From Thermoproteus tenax Kra 1 (GTDB taxonomy: Archaea > Thermoproteota > Thermoprotei > Thermoproteales > Thermoproteaceae): DNA of 32,000 nt. Where the stretch lies: the NCBI RefSeq assembly GCF_000253055.1, contig NC_016070.1, positions 810,001-842,000 on the forward strand, written 5' to 3'. The position numbers were made by a program, and so were the translations under genes. The notes below the pieces were generated by a model. It had not been told where the DNA came from. It did not search any database and worked only from the letters and a program-made list of their open reading frames with translations. Each line of letters starts with the position of its first letter. Position 1 is the stretch's first letter. Below are positions 27,156 through 32,000 of the stretch, one piece after another.

Positions 27156-28409
27156 ATGGACTTCGAGCTGCTGACTGCGGCTACCGCCGTGGTTGTCGGA
27201 GCGCTTCTTGCGGCCGCCTTCCTTATCCGTCCGTTGCCGCCTCCGGCGGCCTCCCTCTGCTCCGACTGCGAGTTCTCTATCAAGGGGCCTGTCTCATTCG
27301 CTGCGTACAACGGCTCCAGCTATCTGTTGGCGGGAGGAGGGCCGCTTCCACTCGCCCAGTACGCCTGGGCCTACTATGTTCACGGAGGCGTCGCGACGCC
27401 GTTGAGCCCGGGGCAGATGGTCGTCTGTCCCGACTACGCTTTTGTGAAAGTGGTAGACGGCGTGGCCTTCTTCTCCTGCAACGGCACAGCGGGGGCGAAT
27501 GTAGTCCAGAACGTATGGGCGCCGGCCGCAACGGCGCCGAGCCTCACCTCGACTTGTTCAACTACTGAGTGGAAAGAGAGTATATACAAAAGCGCAGTGC
27601 CGAAATCAGAGAGCACAAAGATCTGTATACCGCTGTTTGGCGGCGGTACACGGTGTTACTATCCTAGCGACACCGTATATGTCGGCATAGCCTCCGCGTA
27701 TAACAACTACAGCTATGCGCTGGCCCCATTTCCGTGGGTGAACGTCACTTACGTCGCTCCTTGGTACGACAACGGGACATATAAGGTCAGGACTATCGTA
27801 GTAAACCAGAGCATCGCCGTTGTAGTTAAAGTCGGCTACTACGTGGCCAACAGACTGAGGAATCCATATCGGTCAGCCGGCGCAGATGTGTATATGTCGG
27901 TCTTTACGCCGAGCCGGAGCAAGTTGACCTCCATGTGTTACTGGTATCTAGGCATGACCCCTCTAGGATGCGGCGACTGGTTGCCGGCTGGTGCGCTCCC
28001 ACAGCCGGCTATAGACCTCATAGAGAATTCCGTAGTCTCAAATGGAGGTGGATGGTGGTTTTACGACCTCTACGAATACGCGGTGTACGGCGGCATTAGT
28101 GGAACGAACAAGCTACTTCAAGCAACTCAAGTGTCCCACTCTACGTCGTGGTCCCTTCCCTCAGGTACTGCCACGTTGGCGTATAACGCGACTACGGACG
28201 TAATATCCGCGGCGTTCCCCAGATATGCTGTAACGTACGTGGGGTCACAGTACGGCATATCGCCGCCCTCCAATGGCACATATTACGCCGTGGTGGGGGT
28301 ATCTAGCAGCGGCGTGCCCGCGTCAATCTCGTACTACAACGTGACAGTAATAGGGCGAAGTACAATATGTGTGGAGGCCGTCCCAGACTCGCTCATACCG
28401 GTGCCATGA
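27156..28409 (+). CDS. large membrane-anchored surface protein
   Basis: MDFELLTAATAVVVGALLAAAFLI TM anchor followed by a roughly 390 aa Tyr/Ser/Thr/Cys-rich ectodomain. Start trimmed from 27117. Confidence 0.65.
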   Translation: MDFELLTAATAVVVGALLAAAFLIRPLPPPAASLCSDCEFSIKGPVSFAAYNGSSYLLAGGGPLPLAQYAWAYYVHGGVATPLSPGQMVVCPDYAFVKVVDGVAFFSCNGTAGANVVQNVWAPAATAPSLTSTCSTTEWKESIYKSAVPKSESTKICIPLFGGGTRCYYPSDTVYVGIASAYNNYSYALAPFPWVNVTYVAPWYDNGTYKVRTIVVNQSIAVVVKVGYYVANRLRNPYRSAGADVYMSVFTPSRSKLTSMCYWYLGMTPLGCGDWLPAGALPQPAIDLIENSVVSNGGGWWFYDLYEYAVYGGISGTNKLLQATQVSHSTSWSLPSGTATLAYNATTDVISAAFPRYAVTYVGSQYGISPPSNGTYYAVVGVSSSGVPASISYYNVTVIGRSTICVEAVPDSLIPVP

Positions 28410-28978
28410 AGGGCCAGTGGTCGATCGCGTTCGCGTTGGTCGCTTTGGCGATAGTTGCCTGGACTATAACGGCGGTCTACCTCGCGTCCCCCAAGTACAT
28501 GCCGCTTGATACATCGGAGGAGCTCTATCTGCTTAAGCTCAGCGCCGTTCACGCCATTCAGCAGATCTATTGTACAACGTACAGTGCGTCAGGCCTATCG
28601 GTCTACTGCGACGGCCGCCCGTTTTTCTTTGGGCCCAACGAGTCTGTCATCATCTTCTACGACGGGAGGCCCGTGGCGGCGCGGCTCTCGGCGGCAAACG
28701 GCGCCGTCAACTACACGCTCTTTGTTGCGCTTCAAGCATCTGTCCCGGCCGTTAGCCAGACCGGCCAAGGCGTAAGAGCTGCCTACTTTTCAGTATACTC
28801 GACCCTCGACTTCCTGCCAGAGCTACAGGTGAACGCCACTCACGTCGAGTACGTCTATCTTCGGCCGAACGGCTGGTACTACCAACCCAGCCTGACCTAT
28901 CTGTTGGTTGTTGAGAATGGAACTGGCGTCCGCATCGTCGACTACCCCGTCGTGTTGAACTTGAGCATAGTGGGATAA
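28406..28978 (+). CDS. pseudopilin-like membrane-anchored protein
   Basis: MKG^QWSIAFALVALAIVAWTITAVYLASP; start trimmed to 28406, ATGA overlap with the previous gene. Confidence 0.65.
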   Translation: MKGQWSIAFALVALAIVAWTITAVYLASPKYMPLDTSEELYLLKLSAVHAIQQIYCTTYSASGLSVYCDGRPFFFGPNESVIIFYDGRPVAARLSAANGAVNYTLFVALQASVPAVSQTGQGVRAAYFSVYSTLDFLPELQVNATHVEYVYLRPNGWYYQPSLTYLLVVENGTGVRIVDYPVVLNLSIVG

Positions 28979-28985
28979 TTTTTTC

Positions 28986-31900
28986 ATGAGAAGGAACCCC
29001 CTGATCGTTGCAACTTTGTTCACAGCGGCGCTGATAGCTGCAGTACTGGCTGCTACATTCGTCAGAGCGTTCCAGTCAACCGCTACTTCCTCTAGCTCTA
29101 CCAGGTGCGTCTGGAACGTCATTTACACAACCTCGAACACGCCGGTGGTCTCGATTGCAGTGCCCGTACACGTCAGCTTGACGTTCTTGGGGATACCAAA
29201 GAGTGGCTCCTACCTGGTGGCAGACACTAACCCCATCACTGTTGGCGCAAGCCCAATGCCCACCGACGGCAAATACTTGATCAATATAACGTGGACGTTC
29301 TATACATATACTTACAACTACACTGTATATCGGAACAACTGCACTCTGCAGACGAACGCGGTGTTGGCCATAACGTCCGCCGGAGTCTCGTCGAACGGTT
29401 CGTACTCTACGGGCTGGCAACCGGTGCCGGGCACCACCGCCTCGCTCTCGTACACAATAGTGGGCTACGGAAGCCCATCGATAAGCCAGCTACAGAGCGA
29501 GGGGGCCTTTCCATACGGCATCAACCAGACCGTGGGCGCCCCTCCGACGGACCAGATCGTTGTAGCTACGGCCGAGAAAAACACAGAGCTCAGCGGCTTC
29601 AGACCTGGATCGCGGAACGCGGGGAAGATGGGCGTGAGCGTCACAGTGCCGGACGTCCAGCTAGTAGTGGGCGACGGCGCCCAGGGGCTCGCAGAGAACC
29701 CCTTCGGGACCCAGTACAGCGCGCCTGGGGGTACGCCGTATTGGAGCTACAGCGGCGCGGACGGCAGACTCGTTGCCCAGTACAACTTGCGGAATCAATT
29801 CCCCTCCAGTATATCGCTGGACGTCTGGTACATCCCGCCGGAGTGGAGCTACACCAAGCTGGAGTCGAGCACCGCGCCGGACTATTCGGCGGAAGCATTT
29901 ACACAATCGCCCGGCGGCTCTTGTGATATGGACGTCTATGGTCTCGCTACTTATGGTCTAATTGTATACAGCTGCTACGCGATGATTGGGATAGGCAAGA
30001 ATGCTAGTGCGACCGTCGAGATTCCTGTAAACTATACTTTTCTCGACACTCTTCTCAATAATGCAACGCTCTTCAACGACTACGTGATCAACACGTTCTT
30101 CTCGACAGTAGTGGGCAAAATTGCTCAAAGTGTTGCAAAATACTTTGCAAATTCAGGTATAAACAACCCGCCGTATAGGGTTATAGGAGGTCCGTTCTCA
30201 GCAGGCAACCTTCATGGTTTTAGTTATAACCAGTTCGGCGAAATTAGCGGATTTCTCTTTGACTATTCGTACTACTATATATCCAGCTCTTTTAATTATT
30301 GGGGACTTCCATTTACAAATATATGGGCCTTTATCCCCTATGGCGCGCTAGTCCGCGGCGACATCATCACAGTGCAGTACCCCGTGGGGGGCATCGTCGA
30401 CATGATGTCTGGAGCTGACAAGGCTGGGTCACTGGTGTCCATCGGAGCCTGCGGCTTCGAGGTGCCCACCGGCTACGCGAGCGGGCTGAACTATTCGGCG
30501 TGGAACGGGACGAGTCTAGAGCTGGGCGGCAACAAGACCGGCGAGGAGCTAGTGCTGTACCCGATGGCCCAGTTTGCCCCCCAGTACGGCCCCAACTGGT
30601 TCGGCGATCTTGCCCTCTATTCGTGGCTCTATCCTCAGGCCGATTCGCCCAAAGAATCGGCGTCAGGACAGTTTGTCTCAGTCTTAAACACGACGTGGAC
30701 CGCTCAGTTCATAATCGGCAAGACGGGCGAAGCGCCGATAATAACGTCGCAGTCTGTAGGGAAAGTGGCCTCCTGGAACCAAGCTGATGCAATACCGCAC
30801 ACCGAGTATGCCGACATACTCTACCACTACGCCCCAACGTGCGTCCCGCCGCAGGCGAACAACGGAGGCGGCGGAGGCAGCGGCATAGTGGTGGGCCCGC
30901 CTCCTACACCGCCGCCCCCGCCCGGAGGCACGCCCACTAAAGACGGCATAATTCTATGGGAGTTGGTCCCCCTCGTGGCCTGCAAATCGCTCTTCTGCGA
31001 GCCGGCCAACGCCTGGTGGAATGGGCACTACACCGGCGTCTACGCCCTCCCGAACATAGCGTACGGCATCGCCGTAGAGTGGACGGGCAGCTCTCCGACA
31101 AACGTCACTATATACGTCGACTCGCCCTTGGCCAGGTTCATCAACGGCTCTTGGATCCACGGGAGCCCGCTGACGATGAAGGTGTTCGGGAGGGCGGTAG
31201 AGGCGTTCAATCTGACTCTGGGCACGTTCGAGCTCGACCCCGGCGTCTGGTACCTCGTGTTGCCCGGCCGCGCGGTCCCGCTCGGGAACGGGCCGGATCC
31301 GCCGCAGACCTCGGGCTGGTCGGCCGTGCCGCCCGCGTGGTTCATTTCGCCGCGCTGGAGCTCCAACGGGACGCGGGATGTGCACTTCCTGTGGTTCAAA
31401 GTGGGGGGCGCTCTGTATGGGGACACCTACACGGTCGTTGTGCCGGACGTGCTCTACAGAGTCGACAACAACTTCACAAAGATCGCAACGCCCGAGAGCG
31501 AGGTCAGACTGCTCCTCTATCTGCCTACCGGGGGATGGGCCACCTATCCGCCCAACTACGTCGGCTATACGCCCAACGACACGCGGCTCGGCCTATTGCC
31601 CTTCAGGTCCTACACCGGCGGGTACGAGTACTGGACCGGCTTTGAATACGACGACACGACCGCCTTCGCGGGCTCGTTGGCTGCGGCGGGGAGGCTGTTC
31701 AATCTGACCCTCGGGGGCCAACCGGTGCTCAACGCCACAGTGGAGCAGATAGACGTGAGGGCCGCCGTCGAGGTGGGGCCCTCGGGCGTCTCAGTGGAGT
31801 CGAGCGACCCAGCCGACACCATCGGATACTACATCTACCTCCGCCGCAACGGGACGTGGGTTATGCGGGCCTTCTGCCCCGGCTCACAGATCCAGCTTCC

Positions 31901-32000
31901 GCCGAACCTCACCATATGGCCGTGGGACCCCGCGCTGGTGGTGCCGGCAGTATATCACGTCGGGAGGATCCGCGAGAACGGCACCATACTCTATCCAGTG
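28986..32000 (+). CDS. giant secreted/surface protein, truncated by right window edge (at least 1005 aa)
   Basis: Own reading: the frame from ATG 28986 (MRRNPLIVATLFTAALIAAVLAATFVRAFQSTATSSSSTRCVWNVIYTTSNTPVVS...) stays open through 32000 with no stop codon. N-terminal signal/TM, many N-x-S/T sequons, Gly/Pro linker NNGGGGGSGIVVGPPPTPPPPPGGTP. Missing from the supplied ORF track. Confidence 0.85.
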   Translation, partial: MRRNPLIVATLFTAALIAAVLAATFVRAFQSTATSSSSTRCVWNVIYTTSNTPVVSIAVPVHVSLTFLGIPKSGSYLVADTNPITVGASPMPTDGKYLINITWTFYTYTYNYTVYRNNCTLQTNAVLAITSAGVSSNGSYSTGWQPVPGTTASLSYTIVGYGSPSISQLQSEGAFPYGINQTVGAPPTDQIVVATAEKNTELSGFRPGSRNAGKMGVSVTVPDVQLVVGDGAQGLAENPFGTQYSAPGGTPYWSYSGADGRLVAQYNLRNQFPSSISLDVWYIPPEWSYTKLESSTAPDYSAEAFTQSPGGSCDMDVYGLATYGLIVYSCYAMIGIGKNASATVEIPVNYTFLDTLLNNATLFNDYVINTFFSTVVGKIAQSVAKYFANSGINNPPYRVIGGPFSAGNLHGFSYNQFGEISGFLFDYSYYYISSSFNYWGLPFTNIWAFIPYGALVRGDIITVQYPVGGIVDMMSGADKAGSLVSIGACGFEVPTGYASGLNYSAWNGTSLELGGNKTGEELVLYPMAQFAPQYGPNWFGDLALYSWLYPQADSPKESASGQFVSVLNTTWTAQFIIGKTGEAPIITSQSVGKVASWNQADAIPHTEYADILYHYAPTCVPPQANNGGGGGSGIVVGPPPTPPPPPGGTPTKDGIILWELVPLVACKSLFCEPANAWWNGHYTGVYALPNIAYGIAVEWTGSSPTNVTIYVDSPLARFINGSWIHGSPLTMKVFGRAVEAFNLTLGTFELDPGVWYLVLPGRAVPLGNGPDPPQTSGWSAVPPAWFISPRWSSNGTRDVHFLWFKVGGALYGDTYTVVVPDVLYRVDNNFTKIATPESEVRLLLYLPTGGWATYPPNYVGYTPNDTRLGLLPFRSYTGGYEYWTGFEYDDTTAFAGSLAAAGRLFNLTLGGQPVLNATVEQIDVRAAVEVGPSGVSVESSDPADTIGYYIYLRRNGTWVMRAFCPGSQIQLPPNLTIWPWDPALVVPAVYHVGRIRENGTILYPV

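Noticed and set aside
29076-31822. Numerous ORFs on both strands (for example 29291..29926, 30956..31645, 30954..31385)
   Set aside because: All overlap the continuous 28986..32000 frame and have low-complexity Arg/Ala/Pro-rich translations typical of wrong-frame reading in GC-rich coding DNA.

Overview
Window from a hyperthermophilic crenarchaeon, most likely Thermoproteales/Thermoproteaceae. That placement is an inference from leaderless promoters, translation-gene order and a noncanonical tRNA intron. The left two thirds is densely packed housekeeping sequence: an edge-truncated TtcA/TtuA-type tRNA thiolase, ThyX, L15e with Rpp30-like and Pop5-like RNase P candidates, a RimK-like ATP-grasp protein, SufC-SufB, a class III aminotransferase, a beta-CASP nuclease, L24, AspRS, Usp, Nudix and Pcm. 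tRNA-Ile(GAU) carries a 22-nt intron at position 29/30 inside the anticodon stem. I also see two candidate C/D-box sRNAs, two long ORF-free stretches, and an exact 44-nt direct repeat. The most interesting region is about 20.77 kb to the right edge. It looks like a complete archaeal Tad / type IV pilus-like secretion locus: MinD/ParA-like protein, secretion ATPase, two small unknown proteins, a TadC/GspF-like membrane protein, a series of short pilin-like or membrane-anchored proteins with varied ectodomains, and a very large secreted protein. That last protein is open for at least 1005 codons and runs off the window, so it is missing from the supplied ORF track. All family calls are from reading the translations; no database search was run.
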